From assembly GCA_965198355.1 (NCBI GenBank), contig CBDAPI010000016.1, forward strand, positions 150,262 through 214,261: DNA of 64,000 bases, in the 5' to 3' direction. Source of the stretch: Acidobacteriota bacterium. GTDB taxonomy: Bacteria > Acidobacteriota > UBA6911 > RPQK01 > CBDAPI01. The translations under genes and the position numbers were made by a program. Below, piece after piece: positions 8,511 through 18,637 of this stretch. Within the stretch, counting starts at the first letter, position 1. Each line of letters begins with the position of its first letter. The notes under the pieces were generated by a model. That model ran no database searches and was not told where the DNA came from. It was given only the letters and a program-made list of their open reading frames with translations.

Positions 8511-11397
8511 ATGTCATCCGTTTCTCGAGGAAAGGTCTTCATGAGATTTCGCCTGATCACACTCGTCGGTTTGTCTTTTCTGTGGGCTGGAACGGCTCAA
8601 GCCTCCAGCACTCTGATCTTCCCGCGTCTGTCTTTCGCTCCCCAGGATCTGACCGGCATCGCCATCGTCAATCCCGGCGACGAGACTGCCTCGGTGACCT
8701 TGACCGCCTACGGGGTCGACGGACAGCAACTGGCTGGTGAGAGCTCTTCCCAGACAGCTGACAGCGAAGGGGGACCCGGGCCCCAGGGGTTCACGAATCC
8801 AGTCTCCTTCGATATCCTGGCCGGCCGGCAGTTTTCCCAGGTCACCTCCGGCATCTTCGGACCCGGCAGCGACCCGGAAGCCATCGGCTGGATTGAAGCC
8901 ACCAGTGAGGCCGATGACCTGACCGGCTTTTTTCAGTTTCTGGACACTTCCATTTCGTTTCTGGACGGAGCCGATCTGCCTCCCCTGGCCCCGAAACTGA
9001 TCTTCCAGGACGTGCGAGTGGATGAAGGATTCTCCACCACCGCCTTTCTGGTGAATCCAAATGACCTTGCAATCGCCGCTTCGGTCAACCTGAGCCTGGT
9101 TACCTCTGAGTCGACCCGGACGAAGAACCTGCAGATTCCCGCCAAAGGGATGGTGGAAGTCAAGGTGGCGGAGTTCTTCGAGGATGTCGAACCGGCTGGT
9201 GCTGTGGCCTCGGAGGCTTATTTGATCGCCGACTCCAACATCGAGATTGCCGGCTTTGAGTTCGTGGGGAAACAAGACAGTGACCTGCTGGGTCTCAATG
9301 CCCGCCCGGCTTCAGAACTCCTCACGACACTCTTGTTTCCCCAACTGGCTGTTTTAGGCCCGTTTATTACCGAAGCCGTGGTCGGGAACTTTGGTGAGCA
9401 AGCCGCCATCCTCACCCTGACCGCTTATCAGGGAAACGGCCAGATCTACACAGACGAAGTCCAGACCAACCCGGTAGTGGTGGCCCTGGAAGCGGGAGAG
9501 ATCTTACGAGCGGATCTGGAGGAGACCTTTGGTTTTGCAGGTCCGAGTGCACTGGAAGGCTGGTTGAAGGTGGAATCGACGTCCCAGTCCATCAATGGAT
9601 CGATCTCCTATGCTCTTCCCTCCATCGGACCGATTGCTTCGGTTTCGAGTGTGACACAGGGAAGTCGAAGAGCGTTGTTTTCCCATATTGGGACTTCACT
9701 GGGATTCTTCACGGGTCTGGCCGCCCTGAATGCGGGAGCCCTGGCAGCCAATGTGAGAGTGGTAGCCTCGAAACCAGACAGTGAGGTACTGGGGGTGTTT
9801 ACGACCACACTGCAGCCGGGAGAGAGACGAAGCGATCTGCTCTCGGACATCATTCCGCAGGCGGCCGGGCAAGCCGGAGGGACGATCTGGATTGAGAGTG
9901 ATGTACCGGTGTATCTGACGGCCATCTTCGGAAGTGTCGATCCCGAGAAGCCAGTTTTTGCCAACGTACCTCCTCAGCCGGTGCCGGAGAGTTTCGAGCC
10001 GGATATGGGGATTGCTCAGATTGAAGTCTCCCCGCCGCTGGCCATCCTGGGACCGGGACAGATGCAGCAGTTTCAGTTAACACAGGGAGGAGCAGGAGCC
10101 GTGGGAGCTACGGTGTGGGGAGTCAACGGAGATCCGGGAGGAAGCCCTCAGGCGGGAACGATCAGTGGCGGAGGGCTCTACACGGCTCCGGCAGTACTGC
10201 CGATGTCGCTGCCGGTGACGATCACGGCTGCTGCTGACAATCAGACGGCTGGAGCGAGTGTGGATGTACAGTCCAAGACAGTACTGTTGGGCGGACTGGG
10301 AGTCGTACAGTCGGTGGCTTATCTTTCGGGACTGGAGAGACTCTACACGTCGGAACTCTCTTTCGGGGCTGCTCCGTCACAAGAGAAAGGCCCGCAGGGA
10401 TCAGAGAAGTCGACGATCTTTGATGTGACGACGGGTGCTCAGCAGTCGGTGGCGGTGTTTAATGACGATATCCCCAAGATGATCTCCTACCTGGCGGTGG
10501 ACGGCAAAGAGTATCTGCTGCTGGCGGGGCGGACATCGGGGACGATCCGGAGGTTGGACCCGGGGACGGGCCCCTCGGTAGCAGTGACCTCGGGGTTGAA
10601 CGGACCCAACCCAGGCACCTCGGTAGAAGTGGCGTCGGACCTGAACGGACCCAACGCGGTGGTGGTGGATCCGGGGACGGGAGATCTGCTGGTGGCGGAG
10701 GAGGATCAGGTGTCGACGATCCCGGCTTCTCAGGTCAACCAGGGATTGCCTGGTGCCGCCCTGGCAGAGGTGGAGATTCCGGCACGAGCCAGGACCCTGG
10801 CGCCGGGCCTGTTTCCGACCGGGATTGCGGTGGATCCGTGTACCGGGGATGTGTACATCTCGCAGGCCTCCACGGGAGAGGTACTCAAGATCGACCGGTT
10901 GACGGGAGAGGTGACGGTCCTGGCATCGGAGTTGTACAACCCGACCCACCTGCTGCTGCTCTCCCGGTTGGGGGTCGGCTGTCCGGTAAGCTCTCATCTG
11001 CTGGTGGTGGAAAACCACGCCCGTCAGCCTCAGACATCTGCCGGCGGCGGTCAGATCCGTTTGATCGTTCCGGCCACCGGCACGGTAGCCGTGTGGGTGC
11101 CTTTCGGTGGGAATCCAATCGCGGACATTACCCTCCAGCCCGACCCTGCCACTGGGAATCCCAGGGTTTTGATCGGACAGACCGGGGGGATCGATGAGGT
11201 GGATGTGACGGGACGCTACGAGGCGGTGACCACCCCCATCAATCCACCTGATGTGAGCCCCTGTCTGGGCACGGCGAACATTGTGGATCCCAACCTGGAG
11301 GCGGCCATTCGTTCGTCACTTCCCGCGCAGGGGCCGCAGGGGGGGCCCTTTGCGGGCCCGATCAGCTGCCAGGTCGCCCTCACCCTAAAGGTGCTAG
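8511..11397 (+). pseudogene. 5' part (~960 codons) of a large secreted protein gene (signal peptide, repeated N-terminal domains, Ig-like domain, NHL-type beta-propeller repeats) interrupted by IS1380 at a CTAG
   Basis: Signal peptide MRFRLITLVGLSFLWAGTAQA. NHL-like repeats (GLNGPNAVVVDPGTGDLLVAEED, GIAVDPCTGDVYIS). The reading frame runs into the IS end, so the last residues LDRIM* are IS-encoded. Confidence 0.8.
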
Positions 11398-13047
11398 ACC
11401 GGATTATGTAAGAACCGTAATCCGCTGTTGAAAAAGGGCTCGAGAAGTGGCCCAACTCGGAAGCGGGCAGTTGTGACAGGCGGATTTGCGAAGAATATCG
11501 GTTGGCGAGGCGTTTGAGTGGTTGGGGGAGTGAATTTCAGACAGATCTGGGCCTGGATGAGTGTCGGAAGCGGTTTTTCGGGGAACTGGGAGAAGCTAGC
11601 TGGAGTTCAGGCGACTCAAGACGAGGTGAAAGAGGGGTTGTTCGGGAAAGGCTGAGGAAAGATGGACCCAGATGCGTCGAGTGGTTTGTCGGATCCGGGC
11701 CCCGATCTTGAGGACACGACGACGTAAGGTTTCGATTTCGAGCTTGTGCCAGGGGGTTCCGTGCAGATAGTCGCGCAGGCGCACGAACATCTGGTAAGCC
11801 AGTGCATGCAGGAGGAGTCGAAACTGGTTGGCCAGGAATCGATGACAGCTGAGTCGGTCCATGCTCAGATGATTCTTAAAGGCCTTGATGAAGTTCTCGG
11901 TCTGCCCTCGGTCGGTGTAGTGGTCATAAAGTGATTGGGAGCAGAGATCGTCCCGGTTGGTGACCACAAAGCGACGATTGATCCCGCGCTGATCGACCTC
12001 CACTTTGACAATGACGCGACGGGATCGATCCCAGCTGTTGGCTCGATAAAGAAACTCGTCAAACTGACGCTGTTTTTCCTCCCGCTCAACGAACCTTTCC
12101 CGAGTCGAATCCAGCAGGGGCTCGACCACTCGCTGCAGGCGAGGGTTGCGACTTAACCCAATGACATATTGGAGTTGATTCTCTTCACCTTCACAGAACT
12201 CGTAGAGCCGAGGCGTGGCAAAGCCGCTGTCGGCCCGAATCTCAATCTCGACATCCGTCCCCACTGCTTGTCGGATGGCCTCCACGACGCGCTTCAGAAT
12301 GGGCACGATGTGAGAGGCAGCCCCCTTGTTGCCAGGTCTCAACACGGCACAGACCAGGTCTCCCGTGGCGGCATCGAAGATCAGCAAAGGATGCAGAATG
12401 TGGTTTCGGTAATACCCGTGGTAGAAGGCGAACTCCTGTTGGCCGTGAGTGTGGTCGTCGGTACTGTCCAGATCCAGGATGATCTTGGCGGGACGTCTCT
12501 TCTTCAGGGAGCGCACATAACGGCGTAGCAGCCACCGGCTCAGACGCATCAGATCCTTCTTGGTGACGGAGTTCTCCAAGCGGGAGAAAGTCGGCTGGGT
12601 GGCCAAATCGGGATCGCTCTCGGGCAACTGATCACAGACTGTCTTGAGCATCGGATCCGAGCGCAGCGTATCGGCGTCATTACAGTCTTCGTAGCCGGCC
12701 ACGATCTGCAACACTCGTTGTCGGATCAACTTCAACAGGTCATGACGAATGTAGCGTCGGTCCCGGCTTTCCGCAATACACGAACTGAAGCCCTCGCACA
12801 ATCGATGTTGCCGATCCAGCGATCCAAACAACAACCATCCTGCGTCGGAAGTGAGGCTCCCCCCATCAAAACGAGCTGTGATGTCTCTGTGGCTGTGAAA
12901 TGGCAGGGTATTCTGGCAGACTGTTTTCAACATAGCCGTAGCTCCTGTTTAGGGTTGTTTTTATGTAAACCCTTTTATATCAGAGAGCTACGGCTTTTTT
13001 TCTGGACCCAAATCTCACTCGGATTCAGATCTCTTGCATAATCCGGG
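11398..13047 (-). mobile_element. IS1380-family element, copy A (1650 bp); 16-bp terminal IRs CCCGGATTATGCAAGA (one mismatch at this left end); 4-bp target duplication CTAG (11394-11397 / 13048-13051)
   Basis: Near-identical sequence present at 19567-21216 and 39331-40980, and degenerate at 57415-59066. The target duplications were read directly. Confidence 0.9.
11596..12933 (-). CDS. IS1380-family DDE transposase (445 aa)
   Basis: Similarity to ISEcp1-type transposases: N-terminal ...GGSLTSDAGWLL, DLDSTDDHTHGQQEFAFYHGY, RADSGFA, DHYTDRGQTENFIKAFK. Confidence 0.9.
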   Translation of the reverse strand: MLKTVCQNTLPFHSHRDITARFDGGSLTSDAGWLLFGSLDRQHRLCEGFSSCIAESRDRRYIRHDLLKLIRQRVLQIVAGYEDCNDADTLRSDPMLKTVCDQLPESDPDLATQPTFSRLENSVTKKDLMRLSRWLLRRYVRSLKKRRPAKIILDLDSTDDHTHGQQEFAFYHGYYRNHILHPLLIFDAATGDLVCAVLRPGNKGAASHIVPILKRVVEAIRQAVGTDVEIEIRADSGFATPRLYEFCEGEENQLQYVIGLSRNPRLQRVVEPLLDSTRERFVEREEKQRQFDEFLYRANSWDRSRRVIVKVEVDQRGINRRFVVTNRDDLCSQSLYDHYTDRGQTENFIKAFKNHLSMDRLSCHRFLANQFRLLLHALAYQMFVRLRDYLHGTPWHKLEIETLRRRVLKIGARIRQTTRRIWVHLSSAFPEQPLFHLVLSRLNSS

Positions 13048-14141
13048 CTAGGTGCCAGCGGCTGGGATATCAGAAGCCTGGAGGGCCTCCAATCCTTCAG
13101 GAACCTGGAAGAGGCGTATTTCTACAATAACTCGATCCAGGACGGCAGCCCTTTGTCCGAGTTACGTCGACTGTTCTTTCTGGACATCGGGCTGAATCTT
13201 CTCACTAACACCGAGTTTCTCGCCAGGCTGACCGCGTTGCTAATTCTCTACCTGGACGACAACCTTCTCAGTGACACGGGGCCCATCAAAGGAGCGGGCA
13301 GCGACGGACAGAGCGGGCCGCCGGGATCAGTCGCTCCGGTGCTGGGTCCCCTGCTAATCTGGTCCATCTCGAGTTCATCGAAATGGCTTTCAATCAGATC
13401 GTAGATGTCAGCCCTCTGGGCAACGCCACGCGTCTGGCAACTCTGTCCGCTCCCGACAATCAGATCAACGACGTCAGCGTCCTCTCGCAATTTCCGCTGC
13501 TGCAGGGCTTGTTCCTGGGCCGTAATCCGATCGGCGATGTGAGCCCCGTCTACGCCAAGACCGGGCTCATTTTCCTGGCACTCGAAGAGCTGGGCATCAC
13601 CAGCGTGGCTCCCTTCTCGGGTATGACCCTTCTGGACTCTCTCTGGCTGGACAGAAACGATATCAGCGATCTCAGTGGCTTGCCGAATTTCACCAATCTC
13701 TTTGTCCTGGGCTTGAGCGGCAATCCCATTTCTGACTTCACGCCCATCGCCTCTCTGAGCACTCTGGGGGTCCTGGACCTCGGCAACACCGGCCTGGGGG
13801 GCCCCAAGCAAGCCTCGGTAGGTCCGTCCGGAAACGGTGGTGCGGCGCTCGACTTTCTGACCGATCTGACTGCACTCCAATTCTTATTTCTGTATGACAA
13901 CCAGATCGTTGACCTGGGGCCGCTCAGCGGTCTGACCTCTCTTTTGACTCTGGATCTGTTCAACAACCTGATCGCGGACATTGCTCCGCTGGTCGCCAAC
14001 AGCGGTCTGGGTAGCGACGAATTCGGTCCTGATACTATAGAGCTTCGAGATAACCAGCTGGCGGCCGACGACTGTTCCAACATCCAGACCCTGATCGACC
14101 GCGGTGCCGACGTTGCCCACGATGTAGAGTGCCCGCAATAG
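13048..14141 (+). pseudogene. 3' part of the gene interrupted by IS1380 copy A: leucine-rich-repeat (22-aa LRR) domain; additional 1-nt frameshift near 13351-13354
   Basis: Removing the IS plus one CTAG joins ...ISCQVALTLKVL to GASGWDIRSLEGLQSFRNLEEAYFYNNSIQDGSPL... in frame. The LRR consensus LxxLxxLxLxxNxIxDxSPL is repeated about 12 times. The frame shifts by one within the run CCCC(TG) at ~13353. Confidence 0.75.
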
Positions 14142-14184
14142 GCGGTCTTTGCCGGGGCCTAGACTGCCTGACCCGTCACCCTTA

Positions 14185-14228
14185 TTGACAATATCCACTA
14201 TTATCCTTATATCCGGATGAGTGGATAT
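14185..14228 (+). promoter_or_regulatory. putative sigma-70 promoter (-35 TTGACA 14185-14190, -10 TTATAT 14207-14212, 16-bp spacer) overlapping a 9-bp inverted repeat ATATCCACT (14191-14199) / AGTGGATAT (14220-14228); candidate autoregulatory operator of the ArsR/SahR-like regulator
   Basis: The motifs were read directly. The right half-site overlaps the GTG start codon at 14221. Confidence 0.4.
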
Positions 14229-15195
14229 AGAAACAGCGGATTCCACTTTCCTATACTTCTCGGACGAAGGACGCCGCTCCCTCCTGCGGTTGCTGGCGGA
14301 AGTGCCTTTGAGTGTGGGCGAGATCTCGGAGGTCATGAGACTACCTCAGTCGACGGTCAGCCGGCATCTGAAGGCCTTGCGGTCCACCGGTCTTCTGGTG
14401 GAGCAACGCGAGGGAAACCGGATCATCTGCAGTCTGGCTCCGGCGGCTGAAAACGGCCACCTGTTCGATTTGCTCAACCAGTGGCTGCGCGACCAGTCAC
14501 TGACACCTGAGATCAAAACCCGGCTCGACTTTTTCTTGAGCGACCGGGAGAGGGGAGCAGACGCTTTCGGCCGGCTGGCCCACCGCTGGGATGAACTGCG
14601 TCACGCCTACCTTGGGAACCAGTTTCATCTGGAGGCGCTCACGGCTCTGCTTCCAAGAGACTGGCATGTTCTGGACCTGGGAACCGGTACCGGCTACCTG
14701 CTTCCCGTTCTGTCCGGTCATTTTCGAGCAGTGACGGCCGTTGATCCGTCCCAAGCCATGCTGGAACTGGCCGAGCGCCGAGCCCGGCAACTGGGACTCG
14801 AAAACGTGACCTTTCACCACGGAACGATGGAGTCACTGGAACTGGGGGATGACAGCGTGGAGGCCGTTTTTGCCATCCTCGTTTTTCACCACATCGAACA
14901 CCCGGCGCGAACCCTGCGGGAACTCGGGCGGGTGATGAAACCGGGTGGGAGAATACTCGTCGTGGAGCTGCGGGCACACGAAAACGAGGAATTCCAGCGC
15001 GAAATGGGAGACCCTGTCAAGGGCTTCCCCCCTGACAGATTGAGGAGAGCCCTACGAGAGGGCGGACTGGAACCGGAGATCGAGCGCGGGCTCGAAATCG
15101 GTCCCGAGTCGGGCGCTGAAAAAATGGCCCCGGACCTCTACCTGGTCCGGGCCCGACGGCCGGAACACGATCTGAACAATCGATCTATGAATTGA
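14221..15195 (+). CDS. ArsR-family HTH regulator fused to a SAM-dependent methyltransferase-like domain (SahR-like SAH-responsive regulator); GTG start
   Basis: N-terminal winged HTH (LSVGEISEVMRLPQSTVSRHLKALRSTGLL). Class-I SAM-MTase fold motifs (LDLGTGTGYL, VFAILVFHHI, MKPGGRILVVEL). Sits immediately upstream of ahcY. Confidence 0.8.
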   Translation: MDIETADSTFLYFSDEGRRSLLRLLAEVPLSVGEISEVMRLPQSTVSRHLKALRSTGLLVEQREGNRIICSLAPAAENGHLFDLLNQWLRDQSLTPEIKTRLDFFLSDRERGADAFGRLAHRWDELRHAYLGNQFHLEALTALLPRDWHVLDLGTGTGYLLPVLSGHFRAVTAVDPSQAMLELAERRARQLGLENVTFHHGTMESLELGDDSVEAVFAILVFHHIEHPARTLRELGRVMKPGGRILVVELRAHENEEFQREMGDPVKGFPPDRLRRALREGGLEPEIERGLEIGPESGAEKMAPDLYLVRARRPEHDLNNRSMN

Positions 15196-15269
15196 AGTGG
15201 GGCAGTCCTGATCGGCGTGCTCTACAATGAAACCGAGAGACTTGCAGGGATAGAGAAGGAGAAAGAATC

Positions 15270-16697
15270 ATGGCCACGACAGTTGCTGCCGACTACAAGG
15301 TAGCTGATATTACGCTTGCCGACTTCGGCAGGAAGGAAATCGAACTGGCCGAGCTGGAAATGCCCGGTCTGATGTCTGTTCGCGATGAGTATCGCGGGAA
15401 GAAACCGCTGCAGGGTTGCCGCATCATGGGTTCTCTGCACATGACCATTCAGACAGCCGTCCTGATCGAGACGCTGCGCGATCTGGGTGCCGATGTGCGC
15501 TGGGCGAGCTGCAATATATTCAGTACTCAAGACCATGCAGCAGCTGCGATTGCCCGGGCCGGACTGCCGGTTTTTGCCTGGAAGGAGGAAACGCTCGAGG
15601 AGTACTGGTGGTGCACTCTCAAGGCCCTTGAGTTCCCGCAGGGAGGCCCCACGGCCATTGTCGACGACGGCGGAGATGCGACGCTGCTCATTCATCTCGG
15701 ACACGAGGCGGAAAAAGCGTACGCTCAGGATGGCTCGCTGCCCGATCCCGCCAGTAGCGATGTGAAGGAAATGCAGATCATCCTGGCCCTCTTGCGGCAA
15801 CGTCTGCAGGAAGATCCTGAATTCTGGCATCGGATGGTGCCGGAAATCGTGGGCGTGAGCGAAGAGACGACGACTGGTGTGCACCGGCTCTACGAGCGCG
15901 CCCGCGACGGGTCACTTCTCTTCCCCGCCATCAATGTCAACGACAGTGTCACCAAGAGCAAGTTCGACAACATCTATGGCTGCCGCCATTCCCTACCGGA
16001 CGGGATCATGCGAGCCACTGACGTCATGATCGGTGGAAAGCTGGTTGTGGTGTGCGGTTTCGGCGAGGTGGGCAAGGGTTGTGCCCAGGCCATGCGTGGC
16101 CAGGGCGCTCGCGTTGTGATTACCGAGATCGATCCCATCTGCGCCCTGCAGGCCTGCATGGAGGGTTATCAGGTTGTACGTCTCGAGGATGTGGTCTCTG
16201 AAGCCGACATCTTCGTCACCTCAACCGGGAACCGGGATGTCATCCTGCTCGAACAGATGCGGGAGATGAAGAACAACGCCATCGTCTGCAATATCGGGCA
16301 CTTTGACAATGAGATTGACATGGCAGGGCTGGAAAACTCCGGCGCCACCAGGGAGACGATTAAACCCCAGGTCGATCTGTGGCGTTTTCCTGAGGGCAAC
16401 GGAATCATCGTCCTGGCCGAGGGACGGTTGGTGAATCTGGGCTGCGCCACGGGGCATCCAAGCTTCGTAATGAGCAACAGCTTCTCAAACCAGGTGATTG
16501 CTCAGATCGAGCTCTGGCAGAATAACGAGGACTATGACCGGCAGGTTTATGTGCTCCCCAAGCACCTCGACGAGAAAGTGGCGCGCCTCCATCTAGAGAA
16601 ACTGGGCGCCCGGCTTTCCGAGTTGACAGCTGAGCAGGCGGACTACCTCGGCGTGTCGGTTGACGGCCCCTACAAGCCAGACCATTACCGCTACTGA
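15270..16697 (+). CDS. ahcY: adenosylhomocysteinase (S-adenosyl-L-homocysteine hydrolase)
   Basis: 475 aa. ...[27 protein letters not shown]..., NAD-binding [24 protein letters not shown] upstream. Confidence 0.95.
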   Translation: MATTVAADYKVADITLADFGRKEIELAELEMPGLMSVRDEYRGKKPLQGCRIMGSLHMTIQTAVLIETLRDLGADVRWASCNIFSTQDHAAAAIARAGLPVFAWKEETLEEYWWCTLKALEFPQGGPTAIVDDGGDATLLIHLGHEAEKAYAQDGSLPDPASSDVKEMQIILALLRQRLQEDPEFWHRMVPEIVGVSEETTTGVHRLYERARDGSLLFPAINVNDSVTKSKFDNIYGCRHSLPDGIMRATDVMIGGKLVVVCGFGEVGKGCAQAMRGQGARVVITEIDPICALQACMEGYQVVRLEDVVSEADIFVTSTGNRDVILLEQMREMKNNAIVCNIGHFDNEIDMAGLENSGATRETIKPQVDLWRFPEGNGIIVLAEGRLVNLGCATGHPSFVMSNSFSNQVIAQIELWQNNEDYDRQVYVLPKHLDEKVARLHLEKLGARLSELTAEQADYLGVSVDGPYKPDHYRY

Positions 16698-16706
16698 GGA
16701 GGCCCC

Positions 16707-16898
16707 CTACTCAGACCGGTTCAGGAGAACTTGCTGCTGGGAGGCCCCTCCCCCCGATCCTATGCTGGCCCTATGGCCCAGGCCCAGGCTCTCCATGAAT
16801 CGATTCGGAACCGAGAGTCCGACGAGTCCCAGAAGAAACAGGGCACCCAGGGTGACGAGTACCACGAGCTGAATCGTTTTCACCACTCTTTCGGCCAT
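16707..16898 (-). CDS. hypothetical small membrane protein (63 aa, single N-terminal TM helix)
   Basis: ORF with a hydrophobic helix VVKTIQLVVLVTLGALFLLGLVGL. No strong RBS; could be spurious. Confidence 0.25.
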   Translation of the reverse strand: MAERVVKTIQLVVLVTLGALFLLGLVGLSVPNRFMESLGLGHRASIGSGGGASQQQVLLNRSE

Positions 16899-17179
16899 AC
16901 CAGTCTCGTGCTCCGAGATTCGGCTCTTGCTGACTCTCCCTGCTCTCCGTAGGCTCGATCCGGCCTACAGAAGCGTTCATGACGGAAATCTGCCCCTCTT
17001 GTACCCTGGACTGGGCCAGAAAAATGATGACGCAGGTCACACTTTTGGTCGGCTTTTTTGATACGGCCGCTTGTCCTATCATTGGTTTGTGGGCTCTGTG
17101 TGTCTCGGGTATGGGCCAGCCCGGTCGAGTTTCGAGACAACGCAGTCATTGGGACCGCTCCCAGCAAGGAGGAAAAGCG

Positions 17180-17479
17180 ATGCTGTATTTGGTGGAAGTA
17201 GAAGGCGCTATGGAAAAGGCGAACGACATCGACAGGGGGGGTGGACCCGGTGAGACGTTTGCGAAGATCAACGAACGATTCCGCCCCCAATCGTTCTGGG
17301 GTGACCCGACGGGGCGCCACACCTTCATGGTTGTGGAGTTGGAGACTCCGGCCAAAATAGCGGAGCTCATGTACATCCTCACCTGGTTCACGGGAAGCAA
17401 TCCTCGCTTCGTGCCACTTATGGCCCCCGAGGTCTACGGTGAGGCCATTGAGAATGCCCGGAAGATCGTTTCGCCTTAG
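17180..17479 (+). CDS. small conserved hypothetical protein (~99 aa)
   Basis: Strong RBS AAGGAGGAAAAGCG before ATG at 17180. Diverse, non-GC-biased composition (MLYLVEVEGAMEKANDIDRGGG...TWFTGSNPRFVPLMAPEVYGEAIENARKIV). The longer ORF from 16979 has a low-complexity N-terminus. Confidence 0.6.
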   Translation: MLYLVEVEGAMEKANDIDRGGGPGETFAKINERFRPQSFWGDPTGRHTFMVVELETPAKIAELMYILTWFTGSNPRFVPLMAPEVYGEAIENARKIVSP

Positions 17480-17681
17480 AAGGATCTGGTGAAGAGTAAA
17501 GCCGCAACCATCGTCTGCGTTGCGGTCAGCAACTTGGGCCTTTCTGTAAAGATTGCACCAATCTGAGTCAATCGACATCAGATAACCAAGAAAGCGATCG
17601 GTTTGCCACTTTTTGAGATGGATTTCACTCCCTCGAATTACTTCGGATCATCTTTGTAAGTATTTGAATAAAAGACACTTA

Positions 17682-17737
17682 CGCTGTGATTTAAATCACT
17701 TTTTTGGTTGACTCACAGCGCCTGGAGCCTCTAAACT
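17682..17737 (+). promoter_or_regulatory. nested palindromes (CGCTGTGA 17682-17689 / TCACAGCG 17713-17720 enclosing the perfect 14-bp palindrome GTGATTTAAATCAC 17686-17699) overlapping a putative promoter (-35 TTGACT 17708-17713, 18-bp spacer, -10 TAAACT 17732-17737) upstream of the 17863 membrane-protein gene
   Basis: Read directly in an AT-richer intergenic region (17480-17860). Confidence 0.3.
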
Positions 17738-17862
17738 GAGTGTGCAGGTCGGGGGGCTTGAGGCAGATTTTCCCTCGGATACTCCCCCCTGTAATTTGAA
17801 GAGGCGAACCGGATCATGAATCACATTAGAAGGCTCTATTTTGGGGTGGGGGCTGATTCAGC

Positions 17863-18633
17863 ATGAGCGTTTCCTGGGCAGTGGAACCCAAAGGAATAAG
17901 ATCACCCAGGGGCGGTTTTATGCCCAAGAAGGGCAATCTAATGCACATGTGCAGGGCTGTCTTTATCGCCCACCTGTGCCTTTCCTTGCTGATTGGAATA
18001 CTGTGCCTTGCCGCTCGCTACGATCTGGGTCGTTTCTTCTGGTTGTTCGCCGCATCCATGGTGGTCAGCTTTCTCGGCTACCGGCTTGCTTCGGACTACG
18101 GCCTCAGTGGACTCACCGGGCTGGCCATCTCTTTCGGTCTGCTCTTCCTGTTCGTGACCGATCAATGGATGAAGATGTATTCCTGGCTGGCGCAAGGGAA
18201 CAATGCTCTGCTGGCCCTGGCAGGAACGGCTTTACTTTGCGGCACCCTGCTGCTGGTTTCAACGGCCAAGTTCTTCCCCCTCATGAAACTCACTACCCTG
18301 ATCGCCCTGCTGACAATGGCCTCGGTTAACCTGGCCGTTGACCTGTCTCACAACAGCTTCCTACCGCAGGGGGATTCCTCTGTGCAGGGCTCGCCCTCGA
18401 TCTCGAATCAAACCGGTTCCAACCGCTCGATGATCCCCTCCCCCTCGAATGTTGGGGAGGAATTGTCGAACCCCTTTCTGGAGGCCGGGCAGAATGGCCT
18501 GAGGCCCGAAACATTGCGGGCCACCACGACTCAGGAAGTCAGACGGCTGGAGGAAGAACAAGAGGCACTGAACGAGGCGGTGGCTGAGACCATGCTGGAC
18601 AGTCAGCGGTTGAAAAACCGAGTGGGCATGTAA
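17863..18633 (+). CDS. hypothetical polytopic membrane protein (start uncertain; internal Mets at 17920/17938)
   Basis: 5-6 predicted TM helices followed by a hydrophilic, coiled-coil-like C-terminus. Confidence 0.6.
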   Translation: MSVSWAVEPKGIRSPRGGFMPKKGNLMHMCRAVFIAHLCLSLLIGILCLAARYDLGRFFWLFAASMVVSFLGYRLASDYGLSGLTGLAISFGLLFLFVTDQWMKMYSWLAQGNNALLALAGTALLCGTLLLVSTAKFFPLMKLTTLIALLTMASVNLAVDLSHNSFLPQGDSSVQGSPSISNQTGSNRSMIPSPSNVGEELSNPFLEAGQNGLRPETLRATTTQEVRRLEEEQEALNEAVAETMLDSQRLKNRVGM

Positions 18634-18637
18634 GGCG

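Noticed and set aside
11502-11711. 69-aa ORF (MARRLSGWGSEFQTDLG...) repeated in every IS1380 copy
   Set aside because: It lies between the IR and the transposase on the opposite strand. It recurs only because the IS copies are identical. Composition is low-complexity, with no RBS or domain.
15196-15269. SAH riboswitch upstream of ahcY
   Set aside because: The gap is only 74 nt and contains just an RBS. Regulation is more plausibly by the upstream SahR-like protein.
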